Below, one piece after another: positions 46,502 to 57,170 of a DNA stretch of 62,163 nucleotides. How positions within the stretch are numbered: position 1 is the stretch's first letter; each line of letters starts with the position of its first letter. Both the position numbers and the translations under genes were made by a program. Source of the DNA: a virus (Duplodnaviria > Caudoviricetes); IMG/VR virus record IMGVR_UViG_3300013126_004346, positions 1-62,163 of that record, one strand, 5' to 3'. A model generated the notes under the pieces. The model saw only the letters and a program-made list of their open reading frames with translations, was not told where the DNA came from and made no database searches.

Positions 46502-47986
46502 ATGATATATTCCTTACAGGTAGAAAGACACGTTTTAAGTGGACTTTTGAAATACCAAGATTTATTTTCTGATGTAGATGTATTCTTAAACGAAAATGAT
46601 TTCTTTCATGAAGTACATTCTGTAATATATGCAGTTTATAAAAATACAAAATATAAAGGGGAAAAAGTAGATAAAGTTCTTTTGGCAGAAAAAATTAAAA
46701 ATTTAGGAATATCTTTTAAAGATGAAATTAATATATATGATTATATAGATAATCTTTCGTTTTCTCAAATCACAGAACAAGCCACAATGGACGCCTGTAA
46801 AGAATTAATAAAATTAAGAATAAGAAGAGAAATTAGTGAAACCGCAGATAAACTAAAAACTTATGTAAATAAAAGTCCAGAAGAAGATATAGATAGAATT
46901 ATCTCACAAGCAGATGTGATTTACAATCAAAAAATATCGTCATATGTATCAAATGACGAACCAATAAATTTATTTAAAGATGTAGAAGATGTTATAGAAG
47001 AACTTGGAAATTCTCCAAAAGAAGACGTAGGATTAATAACTCCATATCCAGAATTTAATAGATTGTATGGTGGTTTAAAAAATGGAAATATTTATGCAAT
47101 AGTTAGTAGACCTGGACAAGGAAAATCGACTTGGATTAATGACATATGTTTTAATATAGGAATATCTGCTAAAAATAAAACTAAAACATTAATTTTAGAT
47201 ACAGAAATGCAAACCTTTGATATTCAATTAAGAATGGTTTCTTCATTATCTGATGTACCAATGTGGTATCTTGAAACCGGCAATTGGAGAAAGAATGAAG
47301 AGATGACTAGAAAAGTTAGGGCTGCTTGGGCATTAGTAAAAAATTATGAATATTATCATTATCATGTCGGGTCTAAAAATATTGACCAGATATGTTCTAT
47401 TATTAGAAGATGGTATATGTCAAAAGTCGGTAGAGGTAATCAAGCTTTAATTGCGTATGATTATGTAAAATTAACTGGAGAAAAGGTAGGCCAAAACTGG
47501 GCAGAGCATCAAGCTATTGGAGATAAAATTGATAAACTAAAAAGAATTTCGGAAGAAATAAAATGTCCCATAATTACAGCCATGCAACTGAATAGATCTG
47601 GCGAAAACTTTAATAGAAATGCATCTAATGTTACAGATGATAGTTCAGCCATAGCCTTGTCAGACAGGCTCCAATGGTTTGCTTCATTTGTAGCGATTTT
47701 TAGAAGAAAAACCTTAGACGAATTAGCTTTAGATGGTCAAGAGTTTGGAACTCATAAACTTATACCAACAAAAACTCGATTTCAAGGAAGAGAAGCGGCT
47801 GGGCATCAAGATTTGGTAAGAAGATTAGATGCTGCCGGTAAAGAAGTTTGGGCGCAAAATTATTTAAATTATAATGTTCATAATTTTAAGATAGAGGAAA
47901 GAGGTTCTTTACATACAATAGCAGAAAGACAAAGAGAAAGATATCAACTTGACGATAGAAATAGCAATGATGGCGAGATTTTATGA
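46502..47986 (+). CDS. dnaB: replicative DNA helicase
   Basis: SRPGQGKS, DTEM, YDYVKL, AMQLNR, KTR. Confidence 0.92.
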   Translation: MIYSLQVERHVLSGLLKYQDLFSDVDVFLNENDFFHEVHSVIYAVYKNTKYKGEKVDKVLLAEKIKNLGISFKDEINIYDYIDNLSFSQITEQATMDACKELIKLRIRREISETADKLKTYVNKSPEEDIDRIISQADVIYNQKISSYVSNDEPINLFKDVEDVIEELGNSPKEDVGLITPYPEFNRLYGGLKNGNIYAIVSRPGQGKSTWINDICFNIGISAKNKTKTLILDTEMQTFDIQLRMVSSLSDVPMWYLETGNWRKNEEMTRKVRAAWALVKNYEYYHYHVGSKNIDQICSIIRRWYMSKVGRGNQALIAYDYVKLTGEKVGQNWAEHQAIGDKIDKLKRISEEIKCPIITAMQLNRSGENFNRNASNVTDDSSAIALSDRLQWFASFVAIFRRKTLDELALDGQEFGTHKLIPTKTRFQGREAAGHQDLVRRLDAAGKEVWAQNYLNYNVHNFKIEERGSLHTIAERQRERYQLDDRNSNDGEIL

Positions 47987-48642
47987 GCGTAAAACTTATA
48001 TCAATCACTAGTCCGGATATAAATGAAATAAAAAATGCGGAGGATTTAATTGCTTTTTGTGCTCGCGTTAGCAATCCAAATAACCAAATTAATATAGAAA
48101 CTGCGCCAAAGTTATTAAAATTTTTAATAAAACATAAACATTGGTCACCGTTCGAAATGGTTGATATGACTTTAGAATTAAAAACCAGCAGAGCGATTGC
48201 CGCGCAAATTTTAAGACATAGATCATTTTCTTTTCAAGAATTTAGCCAAAGATATAGCGCGGCAAATGATTATGAAGATATAGAATTAAGACTACAAGGA
48301 GACAAAAATAGACAAGTTGGAGAACAGCTATTGCCAATAAATACAAAAGCCTATGATCAAATATCGAACTTATTAGCAGAATCAATCTCTTTATCTCATC
48401 ATTGTTACGAGACGATGATTGAAAATGGTATCGCTAAAGAAGTCGCTAGAATGGTGCTTCCATTAACAACTCAAACCACAATGTATATGAAAGGCTCTTT
48501 GAGAAGTTGGATTCATTATATAGACCTAAGAACAGAAAAAAATACGCAAAAAGAACACAGGATTTTAGCTGAACAATGTAAAAATATTTTTATAAAAAAA
48601 TTTCCAATAATATCTGAGGCATTAGAATGGAAGAAAATATAA
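47983..48642 (+). CDS. thyX: FAD-dependent thymidylate synthase
   Basis: HKHWSPFE, RHRSFSFQEFSQRY, EVARMVLP. Confidence 0.96.
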   Translation: MSVKLISITSPDINEIKNAEDLIAFCARVSNPNNQINIETAPKLLKFLIKHKHWSPFEMVDMTLELKTSRAIAAQILRHRSFSFQEFSQRYSAANDYEDIELRLQGDKNRQVGEQLLPINTKAYDQISNLLAESISLSHHCYETMIENGIAKEVARMVLPLTTQTTMYMKGSLRSWIHYIDLRTEKNTQKEHRILAEQCKNIFIKKFPIISEALEWKKI

Positions 48643-49535
48643 ATAACGTATATCAAATATTAACAAATATTGGCTACTCTTTAAAAGATTATGGTCGAGA
48701 GTATAGGACCAAGCCAATCTACAGAGACAGCGATAATGATACTGTATTAAGAATATATAAAGACTCTGGATTTTGGGTGGACTTCAAAGAAAATACTAGC
48801 GGAGATTTACCAAGCTTAATTAAATTAAGTCTTAAACTAAATTCTCATGAAGAAGCAAAAAAATGGTTAAAGGAAAAAAATTTTGCGCCAGTTAATATTA
48901 TTAAAGACAAACCCAAAATAAAAGATAAAAAAATATTCGACAAAGAAGTGCTTACCAAATTAAATCCCGACCATATTTATTGGATAAACCGAGGAATAGA
49001 AGCAGAAGTAATAAAAGAATTCCAAGGCGGAGTAGCTTCTGGTGGTAAAATGAAAAATAGGTATGTCTTTCCAATATTTAATTTAAATAAAGATTTAATT
49101 GGATTTTCTGGAAGAGATATAACCAATCAAAGCAAAATAAAATGGAAACATCTAGGAGACAAAAGCTCTTGGAGTTATCCAAGCCATTTAAATTTAGATA
49201 TTTTAAATGAAAAAAAAGAGATATTTTTAATTGAAAGCATAGGAGATTGTTTGTCTTTATGGCAAAATGATATTAAAAACACGATAGTAACATTTGGTTT
49301 AGAAATAAGCATTTCTGTATTAAATTTACTTCTAAGGATAGATCCGAATAAAATTTATATTGCATTTAATAATGATTCAGAAAAAAATAATGCCGGTAAT
49401 TTTGCAGCAGAAAAAGCAAAAAATAAACTTTTAAGATATTTTGATCGTAATCAAATCGATATAAAATTACCAATTAAAAAAGATTTTGGAGAAATGACGA
49501 AAGAGGAAATTTCAGAATGGAAAACGAAAATTTAA
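48627..49535 (+). CDS. dnaG: DnaG-type primase (TOPRIM)
   Basis: RYVFPI..GFSGR, LIESIGD, FNND, KDFGE. Confidence 0.82.
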   Translation: MEENINNVYQILTNIGYSLKDYGREYRTKPIYRDSDNDTVLRIYKDSGFWVDFKENTSGDLPSLIKLSLKLNSHEEAKKWLKEKNFAPVNIIKDKPKIKDKKIFDKEVLTKLNPDHIYWINRGIEAEVIKEFQGGVASGGKMKNRYVFPIFNLNKDLIGFSGRDITNQSKIKWKHLGDKSSWSYPSHLNLDILNEKKEIFLIESIGDCLSLWQNDIKNTIVTFGLEISISVLNLLLRIDPNKIYIAFNNDSEKNNAGNFAAEKAKNKLLRYFDRNQIDIKLPIKKDFGEMTKEEISEWKTKI

Positions 49536-50491
49536 AAATATTATCTGCTTCTAGAATAAAAACTCTTGAAACCTGTTCTTGGGTTTATTGGAATAATTAT
49601 CATACTAAAGTCCCACAATCTCAAAATGATGGAGCCTTAAGAGGAACGATTTGTCATACAATATTTGAGCTACTTTTAAGTCCTAAACATAAAAATCATT
49701 TTGATAAGATTATAAAGAAAAATTCTATTAAAGGGAGCAAACCCGTAACTAGACTAGTAAAGCGATTAAAGGCAAAAGTGGGACTAAATGAATCTAATTT
49801 TGAATTACTTGATCAAATGATTTTAGTTGGTTTAAAAAATGATTTTTTTGGAGAGGGCGGTAAAATAGTTAAACCAGAATATTCATTTGAAATTAAAAAT
49901 GATCAGCCCAAATATCATATCAAAGGCTTTATAGATAAACCAATTAAAAAGAAAAAAGAAATGCATATCATTGATTATAAAAGTTCTAAATATAAATTTA
50001 GAGGAGATGATCTTGAAGCAAATTTTCAAGCAATGATGTATAGTTTAGCTAGCAAAAAACTTTGGCCTAAATTAAAACCAATTGTTAAATTTTTATTTTT
50101 AAGATTTCCTAAACAACCAATACAGGAGCTATCTTTTACTGAAGAACAAATTAATGGATTCGAATACTATTTGGAACATATTAATGATTATATTAATAAT
50201 TTCAATGAAGATTCTGCAAAAGCAAATTTTGCTGCCGATAATGAAAAAAATAAATGGATGTGTCAAATCGGGGGATGGAAATGTCCTTATAAAGACCCTT
50301 TCGAATATTACGTAAAATTAAATAAAAATAATGAAATAATTGAAACAAGTTTACAAAATAATTTTAAAGACCTAAGTGGATTTACAGTAGAAAAAAGAAA
50401 ATATCAAGGATGCCCCAAATGGAATACTAATAGTAAACGAAAAGATGAATTTTTAGAAAAAACAAATAAAACAGATGATTTTTTAGATTGA
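49517..50491 (+). CDS. Cas4/RecB-like PD-(D/E)xK exonuclease
   Basis: LSASRI..C, GTICH, GFIDK, IIDYKSS, Q..MY, three C-terminal Cys. Confidence 0.82.
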   Translation: MENENLKILSASRIKTLETCSWVYWNNYHTKVPQSQNDGALRGTICHTIFELLLSPKHKNHFDKIIKKNSIKGSKPVTRLVKRLKAKVGLNESNFELLDQMILVGLKNDFFGEGGKIVKPEYSFEIKNDQPKYHIKGFIDKPIKKKKEMHIIDYKSSKYKFRGDDLEANFQAMMYSLASKKLWPKLKPIVKFLFLRFPKQPIQELSFTEEQINGFEYYLEHINDYINNFNEDSAKANFAADNEKNKWMCQIGGWKCPYKDPFEYYVKLNKNNEIIETSLQNNFKDLSGFTVEKRKYQGCPKWNTNSKRKDEFLEKTNKTDDFLD

Positions 50492-50522
50492 TGATATTAA
50501 GTATTTATAGTAAAATCTTAAC

Positions 50523-51287
50523 ATGAATATATTACCTATATTTAAATCTCATTACAGTATAGGCAGATCAATTTTGACTTTGGAGGACGAGGAGTATTCT
50601 GAGAAATATCCAGATTCAATAATTCAAATTGCAAAAGATAATAATTTCAAAACATTATATCTTGTAGAAGATAATATGACGTCCTTTTTACAAGCTTATA
50701 CAAATACTAAAAAATATAATATAAATTTAAGGTATGGATTAAGATTAACTATAACAGATAATATTTTAGAAAAAAAAGAAGATAATAAAAACAAAAACTC
50801 TAAAGTAATAATATTTTTTAAAAATGATAAAGGATACAGAAAGCTTATAAAATTATTTAGCATCGCCGCAAAAGAGGGTTTTTACTACGAACCAAGAATT
50901 GATTATAAAACTCTAAAGGAAAATTGGTCTGACGAAGATCTTTTGTTATGCATTCCTTTTTATGATTCTTTTATATTTAACAATCTTTTAAGAGGATATC
51001 TATGTATGCCTGAAATAGAATTTACCAAGCCTATTTTCTTTTTAGAAGAAAATGAAATGCCTTTTGATAAACTTTTAAGAAATAAAGTAATAGAATATAC
51101 AGAAAAAAATAAATGCGATACAATCGAAGTAAAAAGTATATATTATAAATTAAGAAAAGATTTTAAATCATATCTGACTTTTAGATGTATTAATTCTAGA
51201 ACAACTTTAAATAAACCTGAATTAGAACACATGACTAGTACGGAATTTTGTTTTGAAAATTGGTTGGAGAAAACTAAACATGGATGA
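50523..51287 (+). CDS. stand-alone PHP domain of DNA polymerase III alpha
   Basis: KSHYSIGRS, YGLRL, KNDKGYRKLIKL.S, YYEPRID. Confidence 0.82.
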   Translation: MNILPIFKSHYSIGRSILTLEDEEYSEKYPDSIIQIAKDNNFKTLYLVEDNMTSFLQAYTNTKKYNINLRYGLRLTITDNILEKKEDNKNKNSKVIIFFKNDKGYRKLIKLFSIAAKEGFYYEPRIDYKTLKENWSDEDLLLCIPFYDSFIFNNLLRGYLCMPEIEFTKPIFFLEENEMPFDKLLRNKVIEYTEKNKCDTIEVKSIYYKLRKDFKSYLTFRCINSRTTLNKPELEHMTSTEFCFENWLEKTKHG

Positions 51288-51918
51288 GCATTTATTAAGA
51301 TATAATAAAAATAAAACATTTGTTTTAATCGATTTTGAAACATTCAATCTTTGTTTGAACTTTTGTCATAACTTGCCTTGGCAAGTAGGCATGATTAAAG
51401 CAAAAGGAGATTTTAAAGTAGATAATAAAAATTTTTATATTAATTGGGATACTGATTTAAAAATTAGTCAAGATGCAGCAAGAATCACGAGATATGATCA
51501 CAAGAAAGTAGAAAAACAAGGTTTAGATGTAAAAGATGCGTTTCCAACAATAAAGGATTGGTTAGATCATGCAGATTATATTATCGGGCATAATGTTTTA
51601 GGATTTGATGTTTATTTAATTAAAGAACTTTATAAATCCATGAATTGTCATTGGGATCATCTTTTAAATAAAATAATTGATACAAATTGTATTGCAAGAG
51701 GAATAAAATATAATATTCCATACAAGAAAGAAGAAAATCTTTTAGAATATCAATATAAAATATATCATACCAAAAGAAAAGACGTAAAAAGTTCTTTAAC
51801 AGTTTTAGGAAAAGAAAATGGTATAGAGCACGACTACGAAAGGCTTCATGACGCTTTAAATGATCTTGACTTGAATTTAAAAATATGGAATAAATTAAAA
51901 TGGCAGGTAAATATTTAA
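51280..51918 (+). CDS. DEDDh 3'-5' exonuclease (DnaQ-like)
   Basis: IDFET, GHNVLGFD, HDALND; ATG at 51280. Confidence 0.88.
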   Translation: MDEHLLRYNKNKTFVLIDFETFNLCLNFCHNLPWQVGMIKAKGDFKVDNKNFYINWDTDLKISQDAARITRYDHKKVEKQGLDVKDAFPTIKDWLDHADYIIGHNVLGFDVYLIKELYKSMNCHWDHLLNKIIDTNCIARGIKYNIPYKKEENLLEYQYKIYHTKRKDVKSSLTVLGKENGIEHDYERLHDALNDLDLNLKIWNKLKWQVNI

Positions 51919-51919
51919 T

Positions 51920-52120
51920 ATGGCTTCATTAGATGACATTTATGATATTGTTGAAAAAATGGATAAATCTAATATAGAATATCTATTGATAACTATTCAA
52001 AAAGGTAAAAAGAATGGTAAGGCGGATGTGTTCTATAATTTAAATGATAAAAATTCTTTTAAGGTATTAGCCCAAGGGTTAAAAGCTTTTCAAGATCAAA
52101 TAGATAAAGAAAATGATTGA
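51920..52120 (+). CDS. hypothetical protein
   Basis: 66 aa between the exonuclease and polymerase genes. Confidence 0.65.
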   Translation: MASLDDIYDIVEKMDKSNIEYLLITIQKGKKNGKADVFYNLNDKNSFKVLAQGLKAFQDQIDKEND

Positions 52121-54674
52121 TTTAAAAAATTTCGATAAAAATTTTGCCAATATAGATCTTCCTCTTCATGGAGTAAGATTGCCAGAATTTGAAATATCTA
52201 ATCACTACAAACATAAACTTGAAATTAGTGAAGATTCATCAAATTATGACTTCCTAAGAGCACTAGCTTTAAAAAAATTCAAAGAATTAAATGTAAAGAA
52301 GAATTCGGACGAATATAAGAAATATATAGATAGAGCAAAACATGAGCTAGAAACTATTAAAGAATTAGAGTTTGTTGACTATATTTTATTAGTTTGGCAT
52401 GTTATTAATTATTGTAAAGAAAATAATATACCAGTAGGGCTAGGTAGAGGTTCAGCCGCTGGATCCTTAATCTTATATTTAATCGGAGTTACGAATATAG
52501 ACCCAGTAAAATATGACCTTTATTTTGAAAGATTTATATCCAAGATTCGCGCTAAAAAGCAGGTTGTTGATGGAATAACCTATTTAGATGGTAGTTTGAT
52601 GTGTGACGTTGATTTGGATATTTGTTATTATAATAGACATAAAGTACTTCAATATCTAGAAGATAAGTTTAAGGGCAAAACGAGTAAAATTTTAACTTTA
52701 AATACTTTAAGTGGTAAATTATTAATAAAAGAATGTGGAAAAATAATTGGAGAAAAAACAGATCAAGAAATGACCGAAATCTCATCTTTAATACCTAAGA
52801 TATTTGGTCAAGTGAAAGATATTGAAGAAGCTTACGCAGAGGTCTCAAAATTTAAAGAATGGTGTGATCAAAATAAAGAAATATATGAAATAGCTTTAAA
52901 ATTAAGAAATTTAATTAAAAATAAAGGAGTTCATCCTTCTGGTGTATTACTTTCTCATAGCGAATTAGAATCTGCATGTCCAACCGAATTTTCTAGTGAT
53001 AAAGAGCCAGTTTCAAGTTTTGATATGAATTGGGCAAGTTTATTTAATATTAAATTAGATATTTTAGGACTTAGAAGCGTTTCGGTAGTGGATGATGTTT
53101 GTAAGAACATTAATATAAAATTACAAGATATAAATTTGAACGATGAATCTATTTATAGAAATTTACAAGATTTAAGAAGTCCTCACGGCCTGTTCCAAAT
53201 TGAAGCGGAAACTAATTTCAGAGTTTGCCAAAAAGTTAAACCAAAAAATTTAGAAGAGTTAAGTGGCGTATTAGCTTTGGCTAGACCTGGCGCACTTCAA
53301 TTTGTAGAAAAATATGCAAAACATACTAACACAGACGAATATGAAACCATCCATCCATTTTTTGATGATATTCTTAAACATACTGGCGGCGTTGCGCTTT
53401 ATCAAGAGCAATTGATGCAAATGGCGCATAAAATTGGATTTACTTTAGATGAAGCAGAAATCTTAAGAAGAATTGTAGGTAAGAAAAAAACTGACGAAAT
53501 TAAAGCTTGGCAGAAAAAAATTGAATTAAAAATAAAACAAAATAAACTACCAAAAGAAGTTGGAGATATTCTATGGAAAATTTTGGAAGATTCTGCAAAT
53601 TATTCTTTTAATAAATCCCACTCAATAGCTTATGCGGCTTTGGCAGCTATTACAATTTATTTAAAATTCAACTACCCACAACAATTCTTTTTATCTTTAC
53701 TAAAGATGACTAGACATGAGCCAGATCCTATTGGCGAAATTTCTAAAATACAACAAGAGATGGCTGCATTTGGAATTAAGCTTTTAAAACCTCATATTAT
53801 TAAATCCGAAATGGACTTTTCGATCGAAGGAAATGATATTAGATTTGGCTTGCTTTCAGTAAAAGGCATTTCTGATAAATCAATAGAAAAATTAAATAGT
53901 TTCAGAAATAAATACTCTAATAAATTTGAAATATTTCAAGCCGCAGAAGAAGCAGATCTTAACATAGGAGTTCTATCTTCTCTTATTCAAGCTGGAGCTT
54001 TAACAGGATTTAAGCAATCAAGATCAAAAGTTGTTTTAGAGGCACAGCTTTGGAACATATTAAAAATGAATGAAAAGAAATATTGCATAGCTTTTGCTGA
54101 TAAGTTTGATTATGATCTAATTAAAATTATAAAACACCTAAATACCTTTACTGACGAAAAAGGCAAAGTTATTATAAAAAGCGCTAGATTAGAGACTATT
54201 AAAAAGAAATATGAACCATACTTAAAAATATATAATCAAAATAGCAAAAGCGAAGGATTTGCAAACTGGTATTACGAAAAAAGACTTTTAGGATATTCAT
54301 ATGAAAAATCTTTAAAAGAAATATTTAAAGAAAAAAGAGAAAACTTAATGTCTGTAAGTGAGATATTAGACTCGCCAATTAATTCAAAAGTTGCATTAGT
54401 AGGAGAAGTATATGAAGTATATTCTGGAGTTTCTAAAAATGAAAAAAAGACTAGATTTCTTAAACTTAAAGTATCAGACGAAACAGCAATGATTAATGTA
54501 CTACTATTTAATGATTATATTGATAATAATAGAACTTTAAATAATAAGAACTATGAAGAAAATAATATAGTTATAGTAAAAGGAACAAAAAAAGATGATT
54601 GCATATTTGCAGACATAGCGGCTATTCAAGATAATCAGATATTTATGAAATTAAGCGAAGTAAAAAATATTTGA
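52113..54674 (+). CDS. dnaE: DNA polymerase III alpha catalytic subunit lacking the PHP domain
   Basis: GRGSAAGSL, FERF, DVDLD, HPSG, KLDILGL, RPG, YQEQ, FNKSH, C-terminal OB fold. Confidence 0.94.
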   Translation: MIDLKNFDKNFANIDLPLHGVRLPEFEISNHYKHKLEISEDSSNYDFLRALALKKFKELNVKKNSDEYKKYIDRAKHELETIKELEFVDYILLVWHVINYCKENNIPVGLGRGSAAGSLILYLIGVTNIDPVKYDLYFERFISKIRAKKQVVDGITYLDGSLMCDVDLDICYYNRHKVLQYLEDKFKGKTSKILTLNTLSGKLLIKECGKIIGEKTDQEMTEISSLIPKIFGQVKDIEEAYAEVSKFKEWCDQNKEIYEIALKLRNLIKNKGVHPSGVLLSHSELESACPTEFSSDKEPVSSFDMNWASLFNIKLDILGLRSVSVVDDVCKNINIKLQDINLNDESIYRNLQDLRSPHGLFQIEAETNFRVCQKVKPKNLEELSGVLALARPGALQFVEKYAKHTNTDEYETIHPFFDDILKHTGGVALYQEQLMQMAHKIGFTLDEAEILRRIVGKKKTDEIKAWQKKIELKIKQNKLPKEVGDILWKILEDSANYSFNKSHSIAYAALAAITIYLKFNYPQQFFLSLLKMTRHEPDPIGEISKIQQEMAAFGIKLLKPHIIKSEMDFSIEGNDIRFGLLSVKGISDKSIEKLNSFRNKYSNKFEIFQAAEEADLNIGVLSSLIQAGALTGFKQSRSKVVLEAQLWNILKMNEKKYCIAFADKFDYDLIKIIKHLNTFTDEKGKVIIKSARLETIKKKYEPYLKIYNQNSKSEGFANWYYEKRLLGYSYEKSLKEIFKEKRENLMSVSEILDSPINSKVALVGEVYEVYSGVSKNEKKTRFLKLKVSDETAMINVLLFNDYIDNNRTLNNKNYEENNIVIVKGTKKDDCIFADIAAIQDNQIFMKLSEVKNI

Positions 54675-54699
54675 CATAACATTAAATATATAATAATAT
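54671..54699 (+). promoter_or_regulatory. sigma70-type promoter
   Basis: TTGACA-17 bp-TAATAT before ATG 54709. Confidence 0.65.
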
Positions 54700-54708
54700 T
54701 CAATATAT

Positions 54709-55248
54709 ATGATATCATTTTATAAACCTAATAGTAAAAATACTGGAACAGCTTGTAGTTTTTCAGTTAATCCTAAAGACGAATCAATTTGGAGTTCTTT
54801 AATTAAACAAAGCTCTTGGAATGAATCTAAGAAAATAGGATCTTTTTCTGAAAATCAAAATAATCCAAGTAAAAGTGTTAAAATTAAATTTTCTTTAACA
54901 GAAGCAGCCGGTATTTTAGATGCTTTAGAAAGGAATTCTGAATTCTCTGCATATCATACATCAGACAAACAAGTAACAAGAATTAAACTAGCGCCTTATA
55001 TCAAAGACGCGAAACAAGTAGGATATTCATATATGGTATCTAAAGAAGATAAACAGAATAGCGAAAATAAACAAGCATACCTTATAGGTTTTTATTTTAA
55101 TGAAGCAAGGCTTTTGAAAGAATTTTTAAGTTATGCATTAACTTCTGTATTTGATTCTCAAAGAGTAGAAATGATTAAAAAATTAAAAAATTCAAATAAA
55201 GAGAATAAAAATGTAGCTACAGAAACCGAAGATGCAGATCTTTGGTAG
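54709..55248 (+). CDS. putative ssDNA-binding protein (PC4/Whirly-like, tentative)
   Basis: Duplicated strand-helix pattern (IKFSLTEA / FYFNEA), acidic tail EDADLW, next to dnaE. Confidence 0.45.
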   Translation: MISFYKPNSKNTGTACSFSVNPKDESIWSSLIKQSSWNESKKIGSFSENQNNPSKSVKIKFSLTEAAGILDALERNSEFSAYHTSDKQVTRIKLAPYIKDAKQVGYSYMVSKEDKQNSENKQAYLIGFYFNEARLLKEFLSYALTSVFDSQRVEMIKKLKNSNKENKNVATETEDADLW

Positions 55249-55250
55249 TA

Positions 55251-57170
55251 ATGAAAAAGAAAAAGATTTTATATCAATCTGACTTTAGTTTAGCTAAAAC
55301 TGGATTTGGTAGATCTTGTAGAGCTATACTTGCGTATTTACATAAAACTGGTAAATATGAAGTCGTAAATTATGCTTGTGGATTACAATATTCTCATCCA
55401 GAACTTAAAAAAACTCCTTGGAAATCAATTGGGTCTTTACCAGATAATCCTCAAGAAATAGAACAATTAAACAAAGATCCACATTTAGGCAGACTAGCAG
55501 GATACGGAGGTTACTATCTTGATAAAGTTATATCTGAAGAAAAACCAGATGTCTATATTGCTGTCCAAGATATTTGGGGGATAGATTTTGCTATACCAAA
55601 AAAATGGTTTAATAAAACAAATTCAGTTTTATGGACCACATTAGATTCACTTCCAATATTACCTTCAGCGGTAGAAGCTGCAAAAAAAGTAAAAAATTAT
55701 TGGATATGGAGTGATTTTGCCACTAAAGCATTAAATGATATGGGGTATTCAAATGTAAAAACCGTTCATGGTCCACTTGAAACTAAAAATTTTTACCGTT
55801 TAGAAGAATCCGAAAGACAAAATCTTAGAAAAAAATTTAGAATTCCATTAGATGCATTTATAATAGGATTTGTATTTAGAAACCAACTTAGGAAAAGCGT
55901 TCCAAATTTATTAGAAGGATATGCTCTTTGGAAAAGATCTAATCCAAGTATTAAAAATACTTTTTTACTTTTGCATACCCATTGGAGCGAAGGTTGGAAT
56001 ATTTATAAATTAGCCGAAGAATATAATATTCCTAAAAATGAAATTCTAACTACTTATGTATGCAAAAAATGTTTAAATTATGAAGTCAAGCCTTTTCAAG
56101 GTCAAGACTTAGATTGTCCAATATGCGGAGAAAAAAAGGGGCAGATTACAACTAACGTAGGATTGGGGGTTACAGAAGATCAATTAAATGAAGTATATAA
56201 TCTTATGGATGTATACTGTCATCCTTTTACAAGCGGTGGTCAAGAGATACCCATACAAGAAGCAAAGTTAACGGAACTAATTACATTAGTTACTAATTAT
56301 TCTTGTGGAGAAGAAATGTGTAAAGAAGAAGCTGCCAGTTTTCCATTGGAATGGAGTGAATACAGAGAGCATGGAACAGAATTTATTAAAGCATCCACAA
56401 AACCCAACTCAATAGCCAAACAACTTAATAAAGTATATAATATGACTCCATTTAAGAGAAGAGAAATGGGGAAGAAAGCTAGAGAATGGACGATAGAAAA
56501 TTTTTCGGTTGAAACGATTGGAAAATTTATTGAAGATTTTATAGATAATTCACCAGAAATAAATTATGATTTTGATTTAAACAAAGAAGATCAAAAAGAT
56601 CCATATATTCAAATAGAAAATATAAAAGAAGATTCGGCGTGGATTTCTCAATTATATCATAAAATTTTAAAATTAGCAGAAATAGACGAAAATGATGATG
56701 GACATAAACATTGGATGGAACAACTTAGAAAGGGAGCGAAAAGAGAAGATGTAGAAAGATATTTTAGAGAAGTAGCTTTAAAAGAAAATGAAAAAAATAA
56801 ACAACAGTCATTTGAAGATATTTTAGATAAGGATGACGAAGGCAAAAGAATATTATATGTTATGCCTGAGAGCGCTGGAGATGTTTTTATGGTGACTTCT
56901 TTATTCGAAAGTTTAAAAGAAACTTATCCAGAATACAATTTATATGTTGCTACAAAAAATCAATTTTTCCCTATATTAGAAGGAAACCCTTATATTCATA
57001 AAGTAATTTCTTATATTCCTCAAATGGATCAACTTTTATGGTTAGAAGGATTTGGTAATCATAAAGGATATTTTGATATAGCTTTTATTCCATTTGTAAA
57101 TACTCAAAGAATATTAACTTATATACATAATGGAAAAGATAGAATTGCTTTTAATTTGGAGAAAAAATGA
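55251..57170 (+). CDS. GT4-like glycosyltransferase with a zinc-ribbon insert and a C-terminal GT9-like N-domain
   Basis: KTGFGR, RNQLRK, CKKC..CPIC, SGGQEIPIQEA, ESAGDV...NPYI. Confidence 0.82.
   Translation: MKKKKILYQSDFSLAKTGFGRSCRAILAYLHKTGKYEVVNYACGLQYSHPELKKTPWKSIGSLPDNPQEIEQLNKDPHLGRLAGYGGYYLDKVISEEKPDVYIAVQDIWGIDFAIPKKWFNKTNSVLWTTLDSLPILPSAVEAAKKVKNYWIWSDFATKALNDMGYSNVKTVHGPLETKNFYRLEESERQNLRKKFRIPLDAFIIGFVFRNQLRKSVPNLLEGYALWKRSNPSIKNTFLLLHTHWSEGWNIYKLAEEYNIPKNEILTTYVCKKCLNYEVKPFQGQDLDCPICGEKKGQITTNVGLGVTEDQLNEVYNLMDVYCHPFTSGGQEIPIQEAKLTELITLVTNYSCGEEMCKEEAASFPLEWSEYREHGTEFIKASTKPNSIAKQLNKVYNMTPFKRREMGKKAREWTIENFSVETIGKFIEDFIDNSPEINYDFDLNKEDQKDPYIQIENIKEDSAWISQLYHKILKLAEIDENDDGHKHWMEQLRKGAKREDVERYFREVALKENEKNKQQSFEDILDKDDEGKRILYVMPESAGDVFMVTSLFESLKETYPEYNLYVATKNQFFPILEGNPYIHKVISYIPQMDQLLWLEGFGNHKGYFDIAFIPFVNTQRILTYIHNGKDRIAFNLEKK

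Noticed and set aside
21909-54674. Inteins or introns in nrdA, nrdB, dnaB or dnaE
   Set aside because: Lengths and motif spacing are normal, and no C...HN intein ends or LAGLIDADG motifs were seen.
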